NCBI GenBank assembly: GCA_025201805.1
Contig: MU619302.1
Location: 125,893-171,971, forward strand
Length of the DNA stretch: 46,079 nucleotides
Reading direction: 5' to 3'
Source of the DNA: Parasitella parasitica NRRL 2501
Lineage: Eukaryota > Fungi > Mucoromycota
A model generated the notes under the pieces. The model made no database searches, was not told the DNA's origin, and worked only from the letters and a program-made list of their open reading frames with translations. Position 1 is the stretch's first letter, and each line of letters opens with the position of its first letter. Shown piece after piece: positions 1 to 11,948 of this stretch. A program made the translations under genes and the position numbers.

Positions 1-39
1 TTCGTGTCCCTGAATTTGCATCAGTAGTTATACTCAAAA

Positions 40-1765
40 ATGGATCCTATTGAGCAAATGCGCCAACAAGTGTGCGAAGAACTGCACGGCGCCGTTACTA
101 TCATAGGCAAGTATCTGATGGATTGAGTGAAAAGCAGATCACGAATTTTGCACATGCTACGCGTTCGCTTTCCTCAGTAAAGTTTACCATATACATTCCC
201 AAAGTATTAACCTTTTTTTTTCCCGCTTATGGCTGTGTTCAGTTTTAGGTGCCTCGGGTGATTTGGCAAAGAAAAAGACATTTCCTGCCTTATTTGGTCT
301 GTTCAGAAACGGGTTCCTGCCTGCTAACACCAGGATATTTGGCTATGCTCGTACCAAGATGGATCATGATCAATTCATTGAGCGTGTTACCTACTATATC
401 AAGTCGAAAGGGTATGAAGGTCAATTGGAGGAGTTCAAATCCATCTTGGCCTATTTGCCAGGACAGTATGACGATGATGAATCATTTATCAACCTGGACA
501 AGGCCATTCGTCAGAGCGAGGAGGGGCGCGAGATTGAGGTTGGTAAAAGACATCGTGTGTTCTACATGGCTTTGCCTCCTTCCGTCTTCATTCCTGTTGC
601 CAAGGGACTAAAGAAAAACGCTTATGCAAAGGAAGGCCTCAATCGCATCGTTGTCGAGAAGCCTTTCGGTGAAGACAGCGAATCTTCAACTCGTCTTGCA
701 AAGGAGCTGGGGGCCTGTTTCACAGAAGAAGAGGTATGTGTGTATCCAGATCAAATGATGAGAGGCTGGTAGAGTGGTAACTGACGCACAATCTAGACCT
801 TCCGTATCGACCACTATCTCGGTAAAGAAATGGTCAAAAATGTCATGATGGTCAGATTCGCCAACATATTCTTTTCGCAAATTTGGAACCGTGCCAACAT
901 TGACAACATTCAAATTACATTTAAAGAACCGTTTGGCACTGAGGGTCGTGGGGGCTATTTCGACGAGTTTGGAATCATCCGTGATGTGATGCAAAACCAT
1001 TTGTTGCAAGTGCTATCTTTGATTGCCATGGAGCGTCCTATCTCGACCGACGCCGAGGCAATTCGTGATGAGAAAGTCAAGGTGCTCAAGTGCATTCCTC
1101 CTATCTCTGTTAATGATGCGCTTCTCGGCCAGTACGTTGCAGCCAATGGCAAGCCCAGCTACCTCGATGATGAGACTATTAGGAACAAGGATAGCCTGAC
1201 GCCTACTTTTGCCGCTCTTGTTCTGTTTATCCAAAACGAGCGCTGGGAAGGCGTCCCGTTTGTTTTGAAGGCTGGTAAGGCGTTGAATGAGGCCAAAGTG
1301 GAGGTTCGTATCCAGTTTCGCAATGTTGCTGGTTCTCTTTATAAGAATGCTGCCCGCAACGAGCTCGTTATGCGTGTGCAGCCGGACGAGGCCGTCTACA
1401 TCAAATTCAACAACAAGCAGCCTGGTCTTTCTTACCAAACCATCCAAACTGAACTGGATTTGACCTACCACAGCCGTTACACTGATTTAGCCATCCCTGA
1501 CGCTTACGAGTCTTTGATTCTGGACGTTTTGAGAAATGACCATAGTAACTTTGTTCGTGATGATGAATTGGAAGCTGCTTGGAAGATCTTTACTCCACTG
1601 TTGCACAAGATTGATGCACATCACCAAGACATCAAGCTGTCCAATTATGAATATGGTTCCAGAGGCCCCGCTGAGCTGGATGACTTTATGAAAAAGTATG
1701 GTTATGATCGCTCCAACGTCAATTATAGCTGGCCTGTTCAGAGTGTTGCTCCCCACAATGATTAA
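40..1765 (+). CDS. ZWF1: Glucose-6-phosphate 1-dehydrogenase (3 exons: 40-106, 243-733, 797-1765)
   Basis: Spliced translation gives the NADP-binding [22 protein letters not shown], the catalytic-region [11 protein letters not shown], and [20 protein letters not shown]. Intron 107-242 is GC-AG; intron 734-796 is GT-AG. Confidence 0.97.
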
Positions 1766-2576
1766 GCAAAGGCGCATCTGCTTTCTTGGTATAATAAAGT
1801 CATGTAAAATAATAATAATTTTTTTTTTTTTTTTTTTTTTTTTTTTNNNNNNNNNNNNNNNNNNNNNNNNNNNNNNNNNNNNNNNNNNNNNNNNNNNNNN
1901 NNNNNNNNNNNNNNNNNNNNNNNNNNNNNNNNNNNNNNNNNNNNNNNNNNNNNNNNNNNNNNNNNNNNNNNNNNNNNNNNNNNNNNNNNNNNNNNNNNNN
2001 NNNNNNNNNNNNNNNNNNNNNNNNNNNNNNNNNNNNNNNNNNNNNNNNNNNNNNNNTAAAATAAAAAATCGGGTTCCAGGCTGTGCATGTTGTGAAACTT
2101 GAGATTCTAATCATCTGCCGTAAAAGTTGTGCGGTGGCTGTCAGACGTGGTGGCCATCTCAGCGGCGTATACAGATCAGTCAGTGTTATGTTATTAGTTT
2201 CAAACGGGACCCCGTAATAAATGCAGTCAGCAACCAATGTTTGCTGGTCTGTTTTATTATGTTGGACAAAGAAAGGTAGTTTGTGTGTGATTAGAAATGT
2301 AGGGAATGAAAGTATATAGTTGTTATGATACATGATATAAATGGCAATGTTACAATCAAGCATGTGTATATTTTAGGAATAAGAATGAGTGGTGATAAAT
2401 GATAGTTTTGCGTCCATAGATGTAGTAAAATAAAAATAAAAAAAAAATGGTAAATAATGTGGGGTATATGATATTCTTTTGTAGATATTTGGCTTAAATT
2501 AAAATTGACATGTTAACAAATAGGAAGAAGGAAAAAAAAAAAAAAAAGGGATTCATAAGGAGAGAAATCAAAGGCT

Positions 2577-4036
2577 TCAGAAACTCCATTTTGGTTTCTC
2601 AAGGTCTTTGCGCAGGTGATACGTATGACGAGGAGAGGAGGCCCTCTTTTGCGATTGCTGTTGAGGCGGCGGTGGAGGGCTGAATGGTCTCGAAGACGAT
2701 ACCATGACGGGAGGTGATGATTGACGAGAGAGAGTTCGAGACATTTTTACGCTACTGGCTGAGCCTTTTGAGGACACTGAGGAAGCATCGGACACACGTC
2801 TGAAAGGAGAGGATGCTCGCTTTGTATGTGCATTATTACTATGCATGTTGACGATAGATGAAGGCAAAGTCTTTACTGTTAATTTGTGTAATGTTTCTTT
2901 TATGAGGTTAGTCATTTTCAGCGAATCTGGAAGCAAATAACACATACCCTCAACATGCAATTGCTTGTCCACGGAGGAGTAGCTGTAGTCTTGCAAAACT
3001 TTGCCAGACTGTTTTGTCTTTTGTAATAATGCAACCTCTGCCTGCAAAATCAAATTCTCCAGCATTGATTTTATACGCTGAAATACCTGGTCCTGCTCGA
3101 TTTCTTGGTCTTCGTGCACAACAGTGTTTTCATCGTCGTCGAATAGGAACTATATGCGAGAGAGAAAGAGAAAATTGAGCGCAAATCCAGTATACTTTTG
3201 TATGCCTGCTTACATCTTCCACGTGTTTATCTGATACGGGCGTCAGGGGCCCTTCATTCCTATTAGATAAAATTATACATGAGCCTACATGATATTTATT
3301 AATAAAGTCATTATTTACATTTGTAATCGTTTCTGCAACTCGACAATCTGTGCTGTTTGTTGTCGAAGCTTAGCTTCTAGAGTGGTGTTTAATACCAACA
3401 ATGATGCTTTCTCTATTTCGAGATCGGCAATCTATAGCATTTTGAGATAATAAAAAAAAAAGGCAGGCTTACTTTGCGGTTCGCTCTTGCTTCATCCAGC
3501 CATGCATTTTCCTCTGTGATACTGCCGCCTTTATTCACAAATTCTCCTTTGCCATTCATGATGGTTCCATGCTTGATCTTGGCCACTACCTTTACCACTG
3601 GCTCCTCCTCCTCCTCCTCCTCCTCCTCCTCTTGCTCAAGTTCTTGGTCAGTTTCATCCAACCCATCGATGCTGCTATTCAAGTCGTCTTCATCGTCGTC
3701 TTGATTGCGATCTTGGGACGAGGCTGATAATGTTGAAAAAAAAGTTGATTTTGACAAGTTTGAGTTGCTTCTTGGCCTCTGCAAAAATCGATGAGGGTTC
3801 ACACCCACGATGTTTGTTGGTTTGAATGAAGACCAATTATTCTGAAAGTAATTTAGAGTCGAGGAATTTACAATAGTAGGGCTATGTGTGAATGAACTAT
3901 TTGATACTGTTGACGGCGGGGAGCAAGAGGAAGCGGTCGATGAAGAATAGGAAGAGTCATGTCGTTGTATCAGAGGAGATGAAGAGGGTCTTATGATATT
4001 TAAGGCCTTGGGAAAATGCAGTTCTTTGAGAGACAT
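2577..4036 (-). CDS. Uncharacterised fungal protein: Ser-rich and acidic N-terminus, central coiled coil (multi-exon)
   Basis: GT-AG introns (e.g. 3432-3472) join WLDEARANRK|IADLEIEKASLLVLNTTLEAKLRQQ, a motif type I recall from conserved fungal hypothetical proteins. The start is next to an N-gap, so the ATG at 4036 is uncertain. Confidence 0.8.
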
Positions 4037-4243
4037 GAAGAAGATATANNNNNNNNNNNNNNNNNNNNNNNNNNNNNNNNNNNNNNNNNNNNNNNNNNNN
4101 NNNNNNNNNNNNNNNNNNNNNNNNNNNNNNNNNNNNNNNNNNNNNNNNNNNNNNNNNNNNNNNNNNNNNNNNNNNNNNNNNNNNNNNNNNNNNNNNNNNN
4201 NNNNNNNNTGCAAATAGTGTATGAATGTAAACAAACACCACTT

Positions 4244-5914
4244 TTATTTCCTTCTTTTCTCTCGGTGTCCACTAGTTGATCCTGCGTTACTACCAGATCG
4301 TTTCTATGTTTTACGTTTGAGTATTAACAGCAATCACAAATCAGTCTCCTAGGTTACCTTGACCTTGTGTTCAACTTCGGTCTTGTCCACCACTTTTTTG
4401 AGTTCAAACATGCTCAAGATTGAATTCTGTAGGTGCTCAAATTTAGTACAAATCTGTTGCGTAGCCATGATGGGTCTGGGGCCTGCTCCAAAGCGTTAGT
4501 TTTTGATAGCTTCAAACGCAACTTGATGCTGTACAATACCAATTCCTAGCTCCTCTAATACTTTGATGACCTTGGGCTGCATAGTAGGCTTCACGATAGG
4601 CAGCTTCTGGCTTCGAATGTAAACGCCGGGTGTAAGCTTCTCTTTCTTGTTTTCATGAGCATCAACTAAAACGAGGAAGAGAAGGTTAGATTAGCAGATT
4701 CTTGTGCGTCCTTGGTACTTACTGTCCATAAGATGATGAGATGATGCACTCGATAATTTGCGTCCTTTCTTGCTGTCATCATGAATCGACTTTTTCTTTC
4801 TCTATTGAAATTGTCAAAAACACACAAATACACACACACACACACACACATTCTGTTGTGCAATACAGGAAACAAACCTTCAAATCGATACCACCTGCTG
4901 TACCACCCGTGATTCCGATGCCTCCAGGTGAAGACGACGATATGCCTGGGCTGTTCAACTGATGTGGAGTATTGGGTGTCGATGGCATTTGCTGGATCTG
5001 CTCCAGCTGCAGAGAATTTAACAAGCTCTCTCTTTCCTTTGATAATTTTGCTTCGTTCTGTTCAATACGCTTGGCCTCTACAAACAAGGCTTCTTCTTCC
5101 TCAACTTGCTCTTTTGAACGGCTGAATAGCGTGATTAATGCATTCTTTCGCTCTGTCTCTCTCGTCTTGTCAAAGCTGTATTGCTGCACTAAAGACTGTC
5201 GGTCTGCAGTGTATTCCCCTGATAGGTATTTTCCTTGCAAAATCAGCTTTCTGTAGACGGAATAATATCTATCTTTTAAATCCTCCATGGTCCTTGCTCT
5301 GTTGAATTCGTATCTATCTTCAATCACCGGAAATCGAAGATCGTAGCGTCTACATAAATCGAATAGATAGTCTGTCTCCTCTTTACTCCAATCTGTGTCG
5401 GTCAAGTATTTCTCGTAATCCTCGTCGGAATACTGGATAATGTCGATTACTTTGTTGAATTTAGCAAAGGCATAGTCTATGTTTCAAGCGTCAATCATCA
5501 TTTCTTGGTTGTCAAAGGGCGTCATTTACCCTCGTTCGATTCACTAGACTTGATCCAATGACTCAACACTAGATCATCTGCTCTCGCAGGATTGGTAAAA
5601 GGCTGATAAATCCTAATAACATGTTAGATGGATATAGTAGGCAGCATAGAGTGCTCACCATGGAGTCGCCTTCTTTTTTGTCTGGTATTTTGCTTTATAC
5701 GTTGGCTTAACAAACGCTACTGGCGGCGCTCCACCTATCAACGAATATAGCTCTCGACTGATGCCATCTAATTTACATTAGAGAAACGCACTAGACGTGT
5801 ATTCAATCAATCAATCTTACCAGGCCTTTTCTCTGCGACAGTTTTTGGCTTCTTTTGTGCTGGCTCTGCTGCAGCACTGATTTGTAATATATCGCGAATA
5901 TCTGAGCTACTCAT
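4244..5914 (-). CDS. SWC4: SWR1/NuA4 subunit Swc4 (DMAP1/Eaf2), SANT domain
   Basis: MSSSDIRDIL...KRPDGISRELYSL N-terminus; SANT region WSKEETDYLFDLCRRYDLRFPVIEDRY...MEDLKDRYY; last exon 4303-4244 ends HREKRRK*. Confidence 0.93.
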
Positions 5915-6084
5915 TTTGTGTTGTTATATGGAATGAACAATTTTTTTTTTTTTTTTCCCCTCTCTTTGTTGTTTGAACATGGTAAATCACACAACACCTT
6001 CAAGGAGTCACAATCAATGCGGCTATTTAATAGAATTCAATGTGATTCTGATGCTCTCGACTTCTCTCCCATATACTAGAAACC
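5915..6084. promoter_or_regulatory. Compact bidirectional promoter between SWC4 and SEC39
   Basis: Only 170 bp separate the divergent ATGs (5914 and 6085); contains a poly(dT) tract at 5940-5956. Confidence 0.6.
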
Positions 6085-8932
6085 ATGACAGATTCAGAAA
6101 AGCCTACAACAAGAGATTTCTTGATTCATCTGAATCAAGGAAACTTTCAGGCCGCAATAGACCTGGCCGACGACTTGGATCTGGACAAAGACTTGGTCTA
6201 TAAAGCACAATGGACTAAACGCATTCAAGAACGCGGCCCGCAAATACAACAAACGGATGTAGAGCTATTAAATCATATCAAAGACGACGCCTGGGTCATG
6301 AATCATTGTCTCGAAACCTGTGTCAATCAATCCAAAGTTCAGCAGCAAATTCTGGACATTGGCGGATCACGTATCCAGACCCTCACAGCTCCCATCATTG
6401 CAGAGAAACTCAACAACAAAGCCGACATGACAGCCAAGGACAAAACCTTATTAAGATGTCGATGGTACTTTCTTAAATACAAGGATAGGCTAAATACGTT
6501 TGCAAAGATATGGCCCAGTCTGTCGTCCTTTGTGCATCAGCAAACAGGTGATGCCTCATTTTCAACAGCGTATGCTCAGTTTCGAGACAGCAACCTTGTG
6601 GCTCAAGCTATTGAATTTGCTCGTTCAGAAAACAGCGTAGCTTTAGATGCCATGTTTATGCACCATAGTTCTGATGTGCTCGAACAGCGCTTGTTCATCT
6701 TGTCTCAAATCCCTGAAACTGCAGATCCAAGCCGATTTGACCTGCCTCATGTCACACATGATCGTGAAGACACTTGGCTTGAAGAGCCATGGCGGAAAGA
6801 GCAGGATCCCGTAGAGGCAGATTGGGTACAGGACCTGATCCGTTTGCAGGTACTAGAGGAAACAGAGTATTTGGATCGATTAAAGGGAGGCATACACGCA
6901 ACAACATATCCTACTTCGGCGGCGGTTATTGCAGAGTGGTACATGGATCGTGCTCACGCTGCTGATCGCATTGGTCTAAGCAGTAATGCGTTGGAGATTA
7001 GTCGGTATGCACAAGTGATGGGTATCACAGGCATCGAAAAGCAAATATCAGAGTACGAGTGGCTTTGTAAATACGTCTACACAGCAAATTGTGCATCGCA
7101 GCAAGAGGAGTCATACGTGAATTTAGAAACGTTCCAGCAAATGTCCAGCTACGAGATTCTGCAAGGGCTGTTGAGCAATACCAATGGGGCAGTGATAGTC
7201 GACGACATGCTGAGATTAGCCTTGCCTTGGATCGAATTTGCCAAAAAGAGGAACCGCGACGACGAGGATGACAGAGAAAAAGAGTTTCTACTTTATCGCT
7301 GGTTGTTGGATCCTGCTGTCGTGGACAGCCATTTGGATTGGTGCTGTGCAGTGTTTGAGAACTCAAAGCCAACCTTTGAATTGTCGGATCGTATTATTAA
7401 AGACGACCTTGATCTCTCGCGACTGGTGTTGGCTATCGTATATTCTGCAAATGGATCGATGGAACATCTTGTGCGCTTGTTTGAGTGCTTGCCAATTTTT
7501 GATGACATTGATGAAAACTCAAACGATCCCGTAGACATGGCTGATTTCATACACAAAACAGATTCCCCGATGGCTATATTTACAGAATTGCAATCCGTGG
7601 GTGCATTTGGACTAACGCAGATGATGGATAAACTGCAAAATCACCTGGGGTCGTCAGAGGTATTGCACAGATATCGCACTATTGTTCCTTTAAAATGGTA
7701 CTTGGAACAGCAATCAGTCGAGTCTCAGCGTCAGCTATGTATCCGTATGTCCTCTCAAGCCGCTGGTGGTGTAGAGTCTGGTGGTGCTAAATTTGATCGC
7801 GACGACGATTGGCGAGAACTTTTGGATGATATGGTTCGCTTAAATGGACATGGGCAGGGCATATTTGGAAAATTAGACAATACTGAAATCTTGGAGATTT
7901 TTTTCAGCTCATTACTGAGATGTGGTCGTAAGTATCTGAAGTAGGCATTTTTTTTTTTTCAAGGATTCACATTGCCGGTAATGACATTTGTCGCGCATAG
8001 GATTCAAACTTGCAAAAGAACTCATTTTGGGGTCCAAAAGAATCATGGATATAACAAAAGCTGAACATTTGGTAATTGATGCTGAACGAGAGTTCTTTGA
8101 TAACGCCACATCTGGCAACATGAACTCTGGCAGCTTGAAACAAGCTTGGGATTGTCTGAAGATTTTGCCTCCAACCACTGAAATCAAAAAAGAAATTGAT
8201 CTTATTCAAGCTACACACTCCCTCATCTACGAGTACAAGGTACAAGATCGCCCTGGGATCTCACTCATGCCCATCCAAATCCGACAATCAAAGAATCGAC
8301 TTGAACTTGTCTCCAAACTGATCAATAGCAAAGCTGGAATGTATCAACGCCATGAGCAAGTGCTGGATTTGGTTCGAAAATTAGGCTACGGTGATGACTT
8401 ACTCGCCAAGATAAAGGCGTTATCCATGTTGGCTAGTGCAGCCCTTGTAGAAGAAGATTACTTGACATCATACCAACTGTGTCAACTTACCGTGAAAGCC
8501 GCACTTGACAAAGACAACAAAAGTCCAAAGGCATACAGAGATGAAATCGATCAGTCAGCTTGGCAAATATGCTTCAATTTGGGCAAAGTAGAGGCGTTTG
8601 AGGATATTAGCCGTCGCTTGAATGTTTTGGCTATGGCCATGACCCTGAGCCCAGTGGATTATATCTCTGATGTGTTGGTGATTTGGAGAAAATTGGACGA
8701 AAATTTACCAGACCAGATTTCTTTGGCTCGATTAGGCATAGAGAATGGCACTGATGATACTAACATGCGGCCAACTGACAAGGGATGGCATGCTTTGCTG
8801 CACTGGAGTGATTATTTGACATCAGGGTCTGAGCCCGAGGGTTCTAAAGCAGGAGAGCCAAATGAGGCAGGCAGCAGCAAAAGAAAAAGAGATATTATTC
8901 GTGAAACTGTTGGTGGTTGGCTTTTTCAGTAG
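6085..8932 (+). CDS. SEC39: Sec39/NBAS-like subunit of the Dsl1 ER tethering complex (intron 7928-8000)
   Basis: Motifs LDLDKDLVYKAQW, RLFILSQIPET, EIFFSSLLRCGRFKLAKEL, AEREFFDNATSGNMNSGSLKQAWDCL, DLIQATHSL and MPIQIR are typical of Sec39/NBAS. Confidence 0.88.
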
Positions 8933-9117
8933 TGGATACCCCCCTCTCCCCCCTTTCTCTCTATTTTTTTTTCTTCTTCTATTATGAATAAAAGAAATTC
9001 TAGAGTGATTACTAGGTAATAATACAATGGAATTAATTTGTCAAGAAATTGTATGCAAAAAGAGACTAATGATAGAGTAGTTTTACTCAATCACATGTAT
9101 ATGTTAGAACAGCCCTT

Positions 9118-10225
9118 GGTATTGTTTCAGATTTGGAAGAATATATTTTACTTATAGATGAAGTTGTGTAAAAATAAATTTTGAGGCCGTATTATACTGT
9201 CTTTTCAGCTATCGATTCATATTGAGACATACCCAAGTTACGTATTGGGATGATGTTTTGCTCCTCAATTGAAAATAAGTGGTGCACTCAGTTTCAGCAA
9301 CAAAATAGGCTGTAGATTTAATCTCAGCAGTGTGTTTCCATTTGGCCCAAACCAAAATCAAGAAATTTTTGCATACTTCATTGCTAGATACCTCAAGGAA
9401 TTATTAGGTATATTGGATATGCGTATTAAATGTTTTATAACAAAACCTAAATTCTGCATTTAACCATGTAAATTACAAGGCTGTAAAAAGATCTTTTTTT
9501 ATTACCAATTTTCAAATATTCAAAAAACGCCTTTTTTGATAGTTTTTGAGTGATAACAAGCATATTTTGAAATCATTTGGCTCTATAAAGTTGATCAAAC
9601 AAATCAGCATGTCAATACCTACACATCAATACTTTATTTACAACTGTAGCTTTATTACATCTGCCAAAAATCAAAATCTTGTCTCGACTAAAATGAATCT
9701 ACAATTTTCCGGTCCTATGTCTAGAGGGCCAAAATGAAGCCATTCAAAAGGGTAAAAATCAATTCCGTTTTTCGAGATTTTTTCGCTCAAAAATTGGTAT
9801 TTTTTGACCAAACAAAAACCTTTCGGTAGCTATGTTGTAGCTCTATTTTGGTATTTCTATACCATGTATCTTTATATACCGTTTATTGCTCTAAAAGCGA
9901 TGAAAATAAATTAAGCCTCTGCTAAAAACATATGCAAAAATATTTTTTTCTACATATCTATCTAAAAACTTATACATCTATTAGAGAATCAAATTTCAAA
10001 AAGATCTTAATAAAAACTCAAGCCAAAGTGTCTTAGTGGTTTGTCGAGAAACAGGCTGACCAAATTTACCGTAAAAAGACAAAATTGGCTTAAGCTTGTC
10101 GAATTCGAGCTTGACTACGACATATTCAATACCAGTAGCTGTACCAAAACGTGCCTTACTACATTACTTAAGAACTTGAACTTGATTTAATTGCAAAATT
10201 TGGTACTTGTTATAGGAATATATGC
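9118..10225. repeat. Copy 1 of a diverged ~1-kb non-coding AT-rich direct repeat
   Basis: Aligns by eye with 10597-11596. Shared blocks: tcagctatcgattcatatt (9205/10685), gttttgctcctcaattga, caacaaaataggct, gccattcaaaagggtaaaaa, gctcaaaaattggtatt, gcctctgctaaaaacatatg. Confidence 0.85.
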
Positions 10226-10596
10226 TGAAAAATATGCAAAATCTGCAAAATCTGGTTTTGGCAAAATCTCGACAGCAAAGATAGATATCGAGAATTGAAA
10301 TACGTATTGAGGTACAGTTATCATATCAGTACTTGGTTGTATACTTGCCTTGGACCCCAAATCCGTACCTAGAAATGACCCTGAAGGTCGACCCAAAGTT
10401 GAAAACTGAAAATTGAATACAGGGTTTGAGGTCCAAACAGAGCAAAATGAGAAAAGTGGCGATCAGTGGATGAGACTTGAGTATGTTTTAGAATGGTGCA
10501 AAAGAACAAGATTTTGGCTCAAGGTTGTGTGTCTATTGCTTAATAGTTTGTAAAGATATTAGAGATTGCAAATGATGCCTTTAAGCGGAGAAAAGG

Positions 10597-11596
10597 GTGA
10601 TATTTCAGACTTGCTAATATTTATTTCATCCAAAAATGAAAGTATGCAAACATGTGTTTTTTTGAGGCCATATTATACAGTATCTCAGCTATCGATTCAT
10701 ATTAAGAAATAACCAGATTGCTTATGGAGTTCAAGTTTTGCTCCTCAATTGAGAATAAGAGGTGGACTCATTTACAACAACAAAATAGGCTCTAAATTGA
10801 ATCTCAGCAGCGTGTTTCCATTTGGCATAAACCAGATTCGCAGTTTTTCTTTGCATAGTTCATTGGTAGATATCTCAAGAAAGTAATAGGTATATCGGAT
10901 ACGCGTCCTGAATGTTTTATGACAATGAATAAATTCTGCATCCAGCCATATAAACTAAAAGTCTATACAAACATATTTTTTTATGATTAATTTTCAAATA
11001 TTTAAAAAACGCCCTTTTTGATAGTTTTCGAGAAAAATCAAGCATATTTTGAGCATATTCAGCTCTATAAGGTTGACCAAACAAACCATCCTGTCAATAC
11101 CTACACGCCAATATCTTGTTCATAACTGTAACTTTATTATTTCTGCCGAAAATTGAAATTTTGTCTCGACCAAAATCAATCAACATTTTTTCGTCCCTAG
11201 ACTTGTAGGGCCAACATGGAGCCATTCAAAAGGGTAAAAAACCATGCTGTTTTTTGCTCAAAAATTGGTATTTTTTGACCAAACAAAAACCATTCCGTAG
11301 CTATTTTGTAGCTCTATGTTTATATTGCTATATCATGTATCTTTAAATACTATTTTTTTGCTTTGAAAGTTATAAAAATAAACCCAGCCTCTGCTAAAAA
11401 CATATGAAAAAGTATTTTTCTTCTACATTTATGTCTAAAAACTAACACATCTAATAGGGAACTAAGTTATAAAAAGATTTTAATAAATGCTCAACTCAAA
11501 GTATCCTAATGGTTTATAAAGAAATAGGCCAGCAAAATTTAGTATGAAAAGACAAAATTTATGATGCACCTGCTAAATTTGGGTACTTGCTATAGG
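10597..11596. repeat. Copy 2 of the diverged direct repeat (offset ~1480 bp)
   Basis: Same blocks in the same order as copy 1, with an internal deletion near the 3' end (aaaagacaaaatt ... ggtacttg.tatagg). Confidence 0.85.
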
Positions 11597-11948
11597 CACT
11601 TTTGCCATAGCACCTTACTTGTGGTCGAAAGTGAATAGAGGACAAATAAGCCAAAATAAATGAATAAATACCATTTATGTACATACTCTTATACAATTAC
11701 ACGTACAAGAAGGGGCTGCTGTTGTTTTGATTGATCTTTTCCTTATATTTCAAGTATCCCGCTGTACCATACGAAATGTCTGTATTCCATTGGTCTACTG
11801 TAGCATGAAATAAGCAATGTATCTGTTCCAGGCCAGCGCGTCACGGAACAACAAATATCATGTTTGCAACCTGTGAATAGATTATAATGATAATAAAAAA
11901 AAAAAAGGCGTTTTCTCTAGCTTGTAATAACGCAACAAAACATCCAAA

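Noticed and set aside
2150-2170. GCTGAGAT as a TPP riboswitch core
   Set aside because: The downstream conserved ACCTGAT...TAAT...GCG elements are missing and no thiamine gene is adjacent.
1698-4279. ORFs running through N-gaps
   Set aside because: Artefacts of translating N as X.
9108-11720. hAT-like terminal inverted repeats (cagcccttgg / aagaaggggctg) or an LTR pair
   Set aside because: The match is short and imperfect; no target-site duplication, TG..CA ends, PBS or PPT found.
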